A stretch of DNA of 64,000 nucleotides from the human T2T-CHM13v2.0 reference genome, Homo sapiens, in the NCBI RefSeq assembly GCF_009914755.1, contig NC_060936.1; one strand, given 5' to 3'. The notes beneath the pieces were generated by a model. It was not told the DNA's origin. It saw only the letters and a list, made by a program, of their open reading frames with translations, and did not search any database. A program made the position numbers and the translations under genes. The number at the start of each line of letters is the position of its first letter. Within the stretch, counting starts at the first letter, position 1. Positions 26,341 to 39,828 of the stretch are shown here, piece after piece.

Positions 26341-27443
26341 AAAAAACCTAAGCAATACCATTCAGGACATAGGCATGGGCAAGGACTTCATGTCTAAAAC
26401 ACCAAAAGCAATGGCAACAAAAGCCAAAATTGACAAATGGGATCTAATTAAACTAAAGAGCTTCGGCACAGCAAAAGAAACTACCATCAGAGTGAACAGG
26501 CAACCTACAGAATGGGAGAAAATTTTTGCAATCTTCTCATCTGACAAAGGGCTAATATCCAGAATCTACAAAGAACTCAAATTTACAAGAAAAAAACAAA
26601 CAACCCCATCAAAAAGTGGGCAAAGGATATGAACAGACACTTCTCAAAAGAAGGCATTTATGCAGCCAAAACACACATGAAAAAATGCTCATCATTGCTG
26701 GCCATCACAGAAATGCAAATCAAAACCACAATGAGATACCATCTCACACCAGTTAGAATGGCGATCATTAAAAAGGCAGGAAACAACAGGTGCTGGAGAG
26801 GAAGTGGAGAAATAGGAACACTTTTACACTGTTGGTGGGACTGTAAACTGGTTCAACCATTGTGGAAGACAGTATGGCGATTCCTCAAGGATCTAGAACT
26901 AGAAATACCATTTGATCCAGCCATCCCATTACTGGGTATATACCCAAAGGATTATAAATCATGATACTATAAAGACACATGCACATGTATGATTATTGCG
27001 GCACTATTCACAATAGCAAAGACTTGGAACCAACCCAAATGTCCATCAGTGATAGACTGGATTAAGAAAATGTGACACATATACACCATGGAATACTATG
27101 CAGCCATAAAAAAGGATGAGTTCATGTCCTTTGTAGGGACATGGATGAAGCTGGAAACCATCATTCTCAGCAAACTATCACAGGCACAAAAAACCAAACA
27201 CCACATGTTCTCACTCATAGGTGGGAATTGAACAATGAGAACACTTGGACACAGGAAGGAGAACATCACACACTGGGGCCTGTCATGGGGTGGGGGGAGG
27301 GGGGAGGGATAGCATTAGCAGATATACCTAATGTAAATGACAAGTTAATGGGTGCAGCACACCAACATGGCACATGTATACATAAGTAACAAGCCTGCAC
27401 GTTGTGCACAGGTACCTTAGAACTTAAAGTATAATTTAAAAAA
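26341..27443 (+). mobile_element. 5'-truncated primate L1 (L1PA4-6-like), ORF2 C-terminus plus 3'UTR
   Basis: ORF track [30 protein letters not shown] and [26 protein letters not shown]; G-rich 3'UTR; ends aacttaaagtataat plus A-run. Confidence 0.95.
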
Positions 27444-29687
27444 ATGCTGGGTCACTCAGATAAATTTCTCACACCCTGGCTCTCTTCCTAAGAGGGGAAA
27501 AGGATATATAAGAAAAGGAGAAAACAAAATCATAAAAGCAGATCCTTTGCCCTGGTGACTTCTGATATCCAAATGAAAGCCCCTTTTTAAGCTGACGGAT
27601 GCTTGTTACAGCTGAAGTCTGCAGCTCATGACTGGGGCTCCCCCAGCTTGGCCAGGGTTTCCTGGCAAGCCCTGGGTGACTCAGGCTCTCACAGGCACCA
27701 TAGACCCTCTTGAGGTTTGCCAACGACTCCCAGTTGGCCCCAGGTTGGATGGTCCTATCACATGCCCTTGTTACAGAAGCCCTTATCCCCACCAGGGAAA
27801 CTCTGGAAACTCTCCCTCTCGAAAATCTTTAGATATTTCCAGATCCCATCTCACCTACAGAGAAACCAAAGAAGGCCCACAAAAGCTAAACTCACGAGTT
27901 CCTCCTGCCTGTTAATCACATGACGCCAAGTTTAATGGCCATGCCACAAGCAGTGCAGAACCTCTCAAGAGGTGATTTCCTTCCAGGATCTGAAACGGGG
28001 AGTGAGAAGAGGAGCGCCTCTGCCTTCAACATTATGTTTTGCTCACTGATCTCACACTTCTCCCCATCTGCTTGCCAAAGCAGAGGAGAGGCAAACTGGG
28101 ACGCCTATGTCCGCCGTGCTTACTCAGGTCCTTCTTTCTCTGCCTTCTACTTCTCACCCTCCCAAATTCCCAGGAAGTGATGGGCTTTTCTGTCGTCATG
28201 TTCTCCTATCCAATATGGCACATCCTCCTCCCTCCTCACCTCTGTTGACTCTGTCCCATGCACAGAAACATTTTCTCTAAATGCTGTGGAGAACAATATG
28301 ACCTCCAAGTTTGGCATTGGACATGTTTCTTCCTCCTCTTGCATTCTGCCTAACACTAATCCAAAACTTTTCTCAGGCAGATGGGGATTTGGCCATTTGG
28401 GGTGAAGCTCCTATGCTCTGACAGGCAAAGGGGAAAATTACAATAAAAATTTTCTAATCTTTACCTCTATTAAACTAATTCATACCTTACTAATACTGGA
28501 CCCCTGATATTGTTATACCAAGACAGATTTTCTCTAGATAAGGGAGGGATGGAACAAAGAAACAAAGAAGACCCAAAATTCATCCTGCTACAAGAATATT
28601 CTTGAGTCATATAAAACATCTGCCTATATTTTAATAAAGCACATTATACTCCTCTAGGCAGATATGTGCTGACAATATCTTTAAATAGAGAAAATGATAA
28701 AAGAGGCAGTCTTCAGAAAGCTAAAGGTCTAAAGAAAGCTTTATTTGTTGAATTTTTTCCTCATGCTTTGCATAAGATCTGTTAAATGGCAAGATGGAAT
28801 TGTATATTGCTTTTAGAAAAGCTCACTGGATGCATTAAAGTTCTTTATAAACTTAAATTTAATTTTGTTGACTTTCAGTTTTGCACTTTCAAGTTGGCAT
28901 ATTAAAATCCAACACTGTTTTCTGTGATCACTGGAACATTTTACTGATATTCTGACTCATATACCTAGCCAGGTACAACTTCTTTTTTAATTCACATAAG
29001 GATCTGTGGATTTGGATGTTACTGAAGCTGTTAAAACCATCCACAAACTCTTCCCTGTTTAAAGCCTTTCCTGTATGCACTCTCATTTACTATGGTAATT
29101 TACCACCGATTTTTAAACATTTAGAATATGAATAATCTTTCTATTTATGCATAAGGAAGCGTTTCCTCCGTGAAGCCCCACAACTATTTTTATTCTGCAG
29201 ATCATATGCTATGCTAATTTAAATCTTTTTTTTTTTAATAAATTTAGAACTTGTATCTTTAAAGTTTCCCAGGGGATTTAGTCACTCCATGGAGCAAAAT
29301 ATGTTCTGAAGAGTTGACATCTTTATTGATTTAAGGCAGTTGTAACTCCAATAATATAAATCTGAAATTCTTAGTCCCACTTTATAATCACCATTGATGG
29401 CAATTAAAAATAAATGCTACCCATTAGAAACCACTGTGGGCAAATAATTTTCTCATGTGCAAAATAAATGTAGGCATTTATGAAAATAGCCAAGCATGTG
29501 GTATATTAGAAACGAACTGTTAATCAGTGTCTAGGCTGGTGGACTATCTCATTTCTTTTCTAGCAACTGAATAAAGCCCCTGTAAGAGCGGATTATGTTT
29601 ATATTCCAAAAGAAAACATTTACAGATAATTATAACTTCCCTCATGAAGTGACTCCTGTCTGTGTGTGTGTGTGTTGTCTTTTGCAG

Positions 29688-29802
29688 AAAATCCATTCTC
29701 GGGTCTATGCTGTTCAGCATGACATTACAGAGTGAGCCTCCCGTAGAAATGATAACTCCAGGAGTGTGGGATGTAAGTCAGCCATCCCCGGTGACCCTGC
29801 AG
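29688..29802 (+). CDS. PIK3C2G: PIK3C2G coding exon (115 nt, phase 2-0)
   Basis: Acceptor tgtcttttgcag|A, donor CAG|gtaagt. Translates (E)KSILGSMLFSMTLQSEPPVEMITPGVWDVSQPSPVTLQ, in frame with both neighbours. Confidence 0.95.
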
Positions 29803-30500
29803 GTAAGTGCCAGGCTAAAAGATTAAAGTACACATGGCAAGTATTGGTTGATACGTAGTTTGTTGTCAATTATAGAAACAATTTCTTCCAGGATCACACA
29901 TTTTAATAGCCTTCTCTGCCTCCAGCCTTCTGGGATTTGTGAAACCTCTACTGCTTTTATGTACAGTACTCTCAAAGCACTTTTCTCCCAGCTTATATAA
30001 TGGCAATTTCAAACCATTCTCCATCCTACAAGGTCATGTTGGAGAACTATGGAGTGTTGCCATTAGTATACTCATTATGGGCATTCATTTTCTTTCTATT
30101 GTCTAAAAACAGTCATTGGTATGTATTATTAACTTGGTATCCTACTCACACCTGCCTCTGCTTTGTGTCATATTTCTTTAAAATCTCTTCTGTTATATGT
30201 TTCTTAAAATGACTAGCAATTAACTGAGTAGTAGAAAAAAAACTGCAAAGTAATTATCCTTCTTTTTTTCTTAAAGTCTCTCTACTCTGTGTGATTAGTG
30301 ATCATAAAAGAAAGGTGGTAAATGACTTCAGCCTTTGGTCCTTACTGCTGACAGCTCCTTATGGGTTCCTGATTGTAGTTTGTCAGGTTGGTTGGAAACG
30401 TGAGGCATGCACAGTCTCATACACGGAAATTCATGGAATATGAACTTTTCATCTCTATAGGAAAAATTAGAAAATGCTCTCTGGGCAGCACCCTCTAGAA

Positions 30501-30710
30501 CAGAGTTTTTCAGCTTTACCAGTGTTGACATTCTGGACAAGAGAATGCTTTGTGGTGGGGGCTGCTCTGTGTATTTCAGGATGTTTAGCAACATCCCCGG
30601 CTTCTTTCCACTAGATGCCTGAGGCACTTTCTCATTCTGAAAATCAAAGAATGTCTCCAGATATTGTCAAATGTGATTTGAGAAAAGGATTTCCTCAGCT
30701 GACATCACTG
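30501..30710. mobile_element. MER20 (hAT-Charlie) with a perfect 8-bp TSD
   Basis: cag...ctg termini; aggatgtttagcaacatcccc...ccactagatgcc core; CTCTAGAA at 30493-30500 and 30711-30718. Confidence 0.88.
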
Positions 30711-31681
30711 CTCTAGAAGAAGTCAGTAGAGTCTCCAGGCTCTTAAGTTTCCAGGCTTGTGGTGAGGGGTTTGGGACATAGAGTTGAGAAAGATGCGCAG
30801 AAAAATATTTAACATGGAAAGGAAAAATTAATGCTACTAAAATATGGCATCACACTCTTGCAGAGGAAGATTCGACCACGTGACACCTAAAGGTCCACTT
30901 CTAATCTGTGGACATGTTAAAAAAGAATGCTTATTCAGATTAGATCTTGGCACAATATCATAGACACTCCACACACGATATCTTATCAATTAGCACTTGT
31001 TCTGTTTTAAAAGAACAAAAAGATAAATATATCCATGAATAAAGAGGAGAGACTCATCACAAACCCGGTAAACATATTCTACTAATGAAGAAAAATAGCA
31101 AAATGCCAGAGGTTCAATTCAATCACATTTGATTCATGTTTTACATATGACTACTATGCTCCAAACATTATGGTAAACACTCTTACAAAAATGAGCGAAT
31201 ATGTAATACTAAGCCAGGAATTCAAGGAATGCAAAATCCAGCTGGAGAGACAGACTTTCGCAACTCACTCTGATGTAATGTGACAGATACTATAGCCATT
31301 GTAGGGACACTAACACAGCGAGAATAGCAATGAATATTTCTGAGGGAAAGTAAAGAAATGTAAAAAGTCTGGGGACAGACACCCAGAGGACATGACATTT
31401 GAATGCCCTTTCTAGAATGAGTAAATTCTCACTAACGAGTTTAAGTGGGAAGGATTATCCAGTCATAAAGGAATGCACAATGCAAACACACAGATTCAGA
31501 AAAGAGTTGGCAGTTTCAAAATATGGCAAGTTAGTTAAGATTAAAGAATAAATTATGTGAGGAACAGTGGTAAAAAGTGGAAAATCTTTAGGGCACTAGA
31601 TTGTGTACCAGGTTTGGACATGATTATCTGGGCAGTAAGTCATAAAAAGTAGTTCCAGCAATGTTGTAGAAAATGCCTTAA

Positions 31682-32045
<364 letters not shown>

Positions 32046-33478
32046 GACATTTATTAGAAGAATATTTTAGTGATCTAAGTTAAGGATCATAGGGCCAAAA
32101 ACTAAGAAAAAACAATTAAGTGGTAGATTTTAGAAACTTTTTTTAAACAGAAAGGGGTGCAACCATATGAAGGAAATATATAGGGAAACAGAGACAGAAA
32201 CTTGAGTTCCTGAGTTCATAGCAATATCTTCAGTTTTAAGAATGAACACAGAGAAAAGATAGACAGTCTTCAACAGAGTAATATGAAGAACTCAGTTTGA
32301 GATACCTTGCATTTTATATAGGCCTGTGGGGTGTGTAAGTGTAGATATAAGTGATCTTTCTTTAAGAAGACAAATGTATTTTCTATCAAACTATTTCTTG
32401 ACAGGTCCAAACCACCTTAGCTTAATGAAAATTTTCAAGTATGACCATTGTCAGAGTTTTGTGGATATAAATTCATGATTTTAAGGTTCTATGGGGCAGA
32501 GAAGAGTGATGGTGGTAGAAGAAGGAGAAGAAGGTCTATCAGATGAGACTATCCTTGATTCTTCTCAGATGAGGTAAATAGTTCCTTTATCAACATAGAT
32601 TTTAGCAAGTGGAATTTGAAGGAAAACTTCAAATATTCAATAGTGGCACCGATTTCCACGTAAAGATCTGGATCCATAATAGAATTCATCTTAGAAATAA
32701 GTGGAAGAGGGGCATGTAAATCATTCCACAGTATGCGAAAGTTAAACCATCCCATTTTTACAAAATAATTTCAAATTGTATAGACACATGAAAAGCCTCT
32801 CAGCATGATTTTAATTGGTGATGCAATATATAAAATAAGAGTTATTAAGGTAGTAAAGGCAAAACCTTTAATAGTATCAGTTTAATTAAATAGTCAGCTA
32901 AATTTAGAGCAGAATCTTTCAACCTAAAGATTATGAGATGGTGAAATTACAACCAAGTTCTGCATCCAGTGTTTCGTTAGGGAGTTAGTATGAGTCTCGG
33001 GGAAAGACATCTGGCTGAGTTAGAAAATCTGGATTCTAGTCTTCCTTTTACAGAAAACTTTATGACCTTGAACAAGTCACCTAACCTATTTTATCCTCTG
33101 CATAATGAAAAGATTATACTAAGCCTACCTGACTTCACTTTTCCGATTGTCCTCATTAGATGGTGGTTACTGCCACACTGCAGCCACTCCAGTATGACAA
33201 GGGATGTAATATGACACAGATGTGATCACTTCCAGGCAATACTTTTTTCAGGTCCTATGGTTGATTGATGTGCCGACCGGAAGCAGTCGACAGAGTGAAA
33301 TAGATTTTAGTTCAGAAGTGGAGGCAGATAATACATAAGTTACTGCTTGACTCACTTAGCCTGGGTCTCCTTCAACTTCCTGCCTCTCCCCGAATGCAAT
33401 CTAGTGGAACAGCTCTGTCACATATTTAAGCACGAAATGCAGAGCTGTTTCATAGAATTCATGCGGTTCTTGTTCTAG

Positions 33479-33759
<281 letters not shown>

Positions 33760-35740
33760 TCTATGTTTCTCTACTTCCTCACCTCCCCGTTTGTATCTAC
33801 AATCACTGTATTCTGGCTTGCCACCACTCTTAACTGTGGTTAGGTACCTGCTAGTTCCTAGGTGCCAAACCCAGTGATGGTTTTCAGTCCTCATCAGGCT
33901 AGCCCTCCCTCTGCTCTTCTTGGCACTGTCTGTCTCTTCCCCATAACTGAACTCCCTCCTCTTCTTCAAAGAGACTGAACTTTCTCCCTCCTCCTTCCAC
34001 AGAACCAAACCCCCTCCTCCTCTGGCTTTGGTGTTACTGCCCTCGGTTATCTCCTTCCACTGCTCTCTGATCATCCTTTGTCTCCTTCCCAGGCTCTCAC
34101 CAAAGACAATTCTCAAAGGTTCCAGTCTGCAGCCCGCTGCCGTGCACAGTGGACATATTCTCCCTGGATGCTCTCATTCATTTAGTTTCTTTTAAAAAAC
34201 AGCTTTCTTGAGATGTAATTCACATACCATACTATCCTCCCATTTAAAGTGTGCGATTCAGTAGTTTTTAGTATTTTCACAGATATGTGCGACTATCACT
34301 GCAGTCAATTTCAGATCATTTCCATCACATCAAAAAAGAAATCCCATACCCCTTAGCTCTCACCTCCTATTCCCCCAATCCTAAGCAACCACTAATCTTC
34401 TTTCTATCTCTGTCAATTTGACTGTTTGGGGCATTTCATTTAAATGGAATCATACAATGTGTGATCTTATTTGTGGCCAGCTTCTGTCACTTAGCATAAT
34501 ATTTTCAAAGTGCATCCAGGTGGTAGCCCCGATTGGGATTCATTCCTTTTTCTATATTACAGATACATTTTTATACAATAATATTACATTATTGTAATAT
34601 GCACATATGAATATACCCTATTTTATTTATTAATTTATCCGTCAATGTACATTTGGATTCTTTCCACTATTTAGCTATTAAGAATATTGCTGTTATGAAC
34701 ATGTATGGACATGTTTTTGTGTGAACATATGTTTTCATCTTTCTTGAATATGTACTTAGCCATGGAATTACTGGGTCTCATACATTTCTAAGGTTCTTGT
34801 CTCAATATCTGTGTAAGTGCACTTCTGAGTCTGTATCTCTAGTTCAGACTTCTTCACACATCAAGCTTCAGACAAATATAGCCACATACTTGCTGAAACC
34901 CCCACCTGGATATTCTATTGGCAGCTTCAAACGAAACATGCCCCAAACGGAGCCCACTTCCTCTCCAAAATTACTTTCACCCTCTGAATTCTTTATGTCT
35001 GTTCATGCCCCACATACACCTACCTGATTTTCTTGTCTCCTTCCTTCTTTCTCTCTACTCATATCCGGTCCATACTATATCCTGCCAATTTATATTCTAT
35101 ATTTTTATTGTCTATCCTCTCAATTCCTCACCTCATCTGCTGGTTTCCTTGGCTTTAGTTTTGTCATTCTCTAATCCAAAATTTATACAGTCACAAGGGT
35201 GATTCTTCTAAAACTTAAATCTGAACCTGCCAGTTCCCTGCTTAGACTCTTCAATAACTCAGCACTACCCAGAGGATTAAGGCCAACCTCTGTAGCATGA
35301 CCCCTGTCCCATCGCTTCTCTTGCCAGTCCCTGTTTGACACTTCAAGCTTCAATAACTTTGAAAATGCTGTCGTTTCTGACATGCACTGTCTTGCTTTCA
35401 CCTTATGTGAATTTATGAATACTGTTCCCTGTCTATAATGTGCCCTCGCCCCTTCACCCTCCACTGTCCACCCCTCCTCTGACTCTGTGTAAATGAGATT
35501 CATCTTTTTCCACCCACGGACCCTCTAGAAATCTCTCCCTTACCCCCTCCACTCTTCTCACACCAAGCAAAGTTAAGTGCCCTTCTTCTATGTTCACGTA
35601 ATACCCAATAGCATTTTTATCAACACATTTATCACTTCGTATTCCTTCCCACTGACTGAGTGATCTCTGATGGCATTGAAGGTATTATATCACAAACATC
35701 TAGCACAGTAGTTGGAATAATGTTTTTGTTAAATTAATGA
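33760..35740 (+). mobile_element. Fragmented L2 interrupted by an L1MB 3' end
   Basis: Pyrimidine-rich L2-like sequence (cagtgatggttttcagtcctcatc; tagcacagtagttgg...taaattaatga). Confidence 0.6.
34190..34780 (-). mobile_element. L1MB-type 3' end
   Basis: cagctttcttgagatgtaattcacatacca...taaatggaatcatacaatgtgtg. Confidence 0.8.
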
Positions 35741-36184
35741 TATGTATCCATATTTCTGATGACTACAAAAACACTGCCCACACGTATGTCTCAATTTAGC
35801 CCTTTGGTCCACTTATCTGAACCTGAATACCAAAATGTTTGGCTCTTCCTTTTATCTAAGCAAGACGTCTCCTTAAACCACAGACCTTACTCACTCATTC
35901 GAAGTATTTTACTTTTTCTAACATTTTAGTACATGCTTATATTCCATTATCGTCAGCGTTAGGAAGAAGCACCAGTCTTATCATTGATACAAAGTTTTTA
36001 GAACACATTGTATTTTTATTTCTAATGTAACGGAGATCCTTTTTTTTTTCTCACTCCAAAACCACCATATGGATCCCTCTTTTACAACTCCTTTTTTCAG
36101 ACTCACCACAATTGCCACCCAGTTAGCAGTTATCTTTCCTTCCTCTGAACTGCAATAGAACTCATGGTCTAACATACGTATGTC

Positions 36185-36495
36185 TTTTCTTTTCTTTTTT
36201 TCTTTTTTATGAGACAGTGTCTCACTCCATCACCCAAGCTGGAGGGCAGTGGCGTGACCTCAGCTCACTGCAACCTCCACCTCCATGGTTCAAGCGATTC
36301 TCTCTTGTGCCTCAGCCTCCCAAGTAGCTGGAATTACAGGTGCATGCCACCATGCCCAGCTTATTTTTGTATTTTTAGTAGACACACGGTTTCACCATGT
36401 TGGCCAGGCTGGTCTTGAACTCCTAACCTCAAGTGATCTGTCTGCCTCAGTCTCCCAAAGTCCTGAGATTACAGGCATGAGACACCATGCCCAGC
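36185..36495 (-). mobile_element. AluS
   Basis: Antisense Alu; TSD acgt(a/g)tgtctt. Confidence 0.92.
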
Positions 36496-36992
36496 ACGTG
36501 TGTCTTATAATACCAACCTACGCACAGTCCAAGTGGAAGTTCTTTGAATAATCTGACAGAATCATGGGAACCCAAAATTGGCCCAGGGGCACCTTATGGG
36601 TATGGTTGTGGGGCATGGACGCTAGGGACATTCACAACAGCTCCCGTGAGCAGTGCCAAGTAATGAAGCCATAGTAGAAATCATGGTGGCCAACTGTGAA
36701 TGACAAAGGATGAGCAGAAGAAGTGAAGCAAGATGGATAAATGGAACACAAGAAGTTGATATCCAAATGTGTAAGGAGCTGTGAATTAGAAGGGAGGATA
36801 ACCAGGTTTGAATATGTTCCTCTATCCCCCCCAAAAAAACATATTTTTGTTGCTGTTGTTGTTGTTGCTGTTGTTAAAATAAGGAGTGCATCCTCAAGGC
36901 TTAGCCAGGAATGTGAGAAATAGATGTCATGGCGCATGCAATGTTGACATTTGAATAGATCTCCTGAAGCGTTCCTTTCAAAAGAAATTTGA

Positions 36993-37400
<408 letters not shown>

Positions 37401-39043
37401 CTATGTATTTATTATTCCCTATTTTAATTGTTAATGTGTGCGCCTTTTCTCCTCAATTAAACTTTAAGTTATCAGAAAATAATAGATATTACTTATATCT
37501 TTCATTATGTATGGTGCTTAAAAGTGTTCTAAAGCAAATGCATTAAAGCATAGTTTTGGGGAAGTTTTCTCTTATAAAAAGTAGAAAAGGCAACTAGGAA
37601 AAATTCCAATATTTTCTATAGTAACTCAAGAATCAGTAGCTATTTAGCCTCATAATTCATGAAAAAATGCAATTTGATAAAAGATCTCACGTATCAGAAA
37701 TGAAAATTGTTTCCTAAGTGAAATATACACAAATAATTTATTATAGGTTTGTACACAGGAATTCTTTTGTATGCTCATCTACCTTTCTCAGTTTTCTCAT
37801 CTACCATGCCATTTACTTAGTATCAACATAAAATTATACTAACTCATTAAGAGCTATTTAAAAATATTTGTCCATATAAAGAGTAGCATGTAACTTGCTC
37901 GTACTGGATGCCCTTCCCCTCTAAGGTACCAAAGTTCATCTTTCAAGATTAATCTTTGTCAAGAGGCAAACTTTGTTGTAATGTTTCAGTTAAGCTGATC
38001 TCGTACTTGTTTATTTTATCATGTTGGAGTAGTAATTGATATATTGTAACACAGATTATATCAAAAACAAAACTTATAACAAACGTTAGAGGTTATAGAA
38101 TGAAATTACTAAAACTTTTTCAAATAAATAAGCGCTCAAATATATTAAACTGTATTTCAAACTGAAACTCACACCATCTACTTTGTAAGGTTCCTCAATT
38201 TTTTCTGAGATTCCAACCTAACATAACTCAGCAGAGAAAAATAATGTCTGTGGGATCTCTAATATTAAAATGAAAAAAACCCAGTATGTGTGATAACCTT
38301 AAGCAAACCTATGGAGCCCTAGAATATCCAGCTTATTTACATAGCCTGGAACTGTCTTTTTGTTAACTGTAATTTTATTTACTAATCAGATTCTGAATCA
38401 CTGAAACATGGTTTAACAGAAAGTAGACTGAGCCAGAAAAAAAAGGAGGCTGGATTCTAGAACTGTCTATAAATCTGAACTACAGAACCAAAGCAGAAAT
38501 ATTCTATTTGATTTTTTACTAACACAACAGTTCTTTACCAAAGAAGAGCTCACTCATGTGTACATAATGATTCTCAGACTTGCAAATTTCATGAACTAGA
38601 GATCAATATAGATTAACTCTATTTTTTCAGGCGGGTTACATGAAAAAAGCATAATTACCAATGTTAAATTTCATCATTTCGTAAGGAGACATTTTAACAC
38701 CGAAATGTAAAAAGGATATAATGTTAGCATTAACCAAAAATGTAACATATTAATCTTTATGGAGAGACCATATATTATTATTTCTCTCATTTTCCCTCAG
38801 ACAACATTACCGGTGACCCATCTATACCATTTGTATACATAATTGGCTAAATAACTTGTATATTTAAATCCTAAGTCCAACCTCTAATAATTATTTTAGA
38901 AATTATTTTAAAATTATAAATAGCACAGAAAAAATAGAATTTATTCTGTTCTTTAGTTTCTATAAATCTAAGATAGGAATATTAAATCAATAATGTATTT
39001 TGAGACACCTTCAACACATGGCAAATCATTTTTTTTCTTTCAG

Positions 39044-39174
39044 ATTGATTTTCCAGCTACTGGGTGGGAGTATATGAAACCTGATTCTGAAGAGAATAGA
39101 AGTAATCTTGAAGAGCCACTAAAGGAGTGTATAAAACATATTGCCAGACTTTCACAGAAACAGACTCCCCTACT
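39044..39174 (+). CDS. PIK3C2G: PIK3C2G coding exon (131 nt, phase 0-2), C2-helical linker
   Basis: Acceptor ttttttttctttcag|ATT, donor CT|gtaagt. Translates IDFPATGWEYMKPDSEENRSNLEEPLKECIKHIARLSQKQTPL(L); visible in ORF track 38993..39178. Confidence 0.95.
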
Positions 39175-39766
39175 GTAAGTGACCTAGGTCTTGTGAATGA
39201 ATTTTTGCCTGCTGTTTATGATTTCCTCAATCATTCTTGAAGCATGATAGCTTCAAAGAGTGAGTGTTCCTTCCTACATAACTGGTTTCATTTCCTGATG
39301 TCATGCTTCTTGGATGGTTAATTAATGTTTAGGACGTAAATAAGTAATTTTGTCTGCTTTTAACGATTTATTTCCTGTGGTCTTAAGGAAAAGTAAAAAG
39401 TTTGGAAGTTATTCAGTTCAAAATAACAAAGCAGAGAGTGATCATATATACATCAGCACATAGCAGTGATAAACCATCTCTCAACCTTCCTTCCAGGAGG
39501 TAGAAAGTTGTTTTAGTCAACAGGGAAAAGCAACATTTAATTAAGGCAGATTTTTAAAAAGAGCAGAAAAGAAATAAGTCTTGTTTTAACAGCACAAATT
39601 AGTGACTAAGGAGTACTTTGTAAAATAATAATTCTTTGAATAGAACCAAAATCCCAGGAAGAACTAGTAGGGAATTAGTGGCATTTGTAGTTGATACTTG
39701 GCAAAATGCATGTCACAGCTGATCATGCTCATTAATAACAAGCCAAGGGCATCAAACTGAGAAAGT

Positions 39767-39796
39767 GTCTCTCTCTCTCTATCTCTTTGTGCGTGT

Positions 39797-39828
<32 letters not shown>
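39767..39828. repeat. Compound (CT)n-(GT)n-(GA)n microsatellite
   Basis: Directly visible. Confidence 0.9.

Noticed and set aside
26375-26964. Active L1 ORF2
   Set aside because: 5'-truncated ~1.1-kb fragment with a frameshift and stops; it cannot encode a functional RT.
38993-39178. Standalone 61-aa gene
   Set aside because: It is the PIK3C2G exon 39044-39174 read through from intronic sequence.
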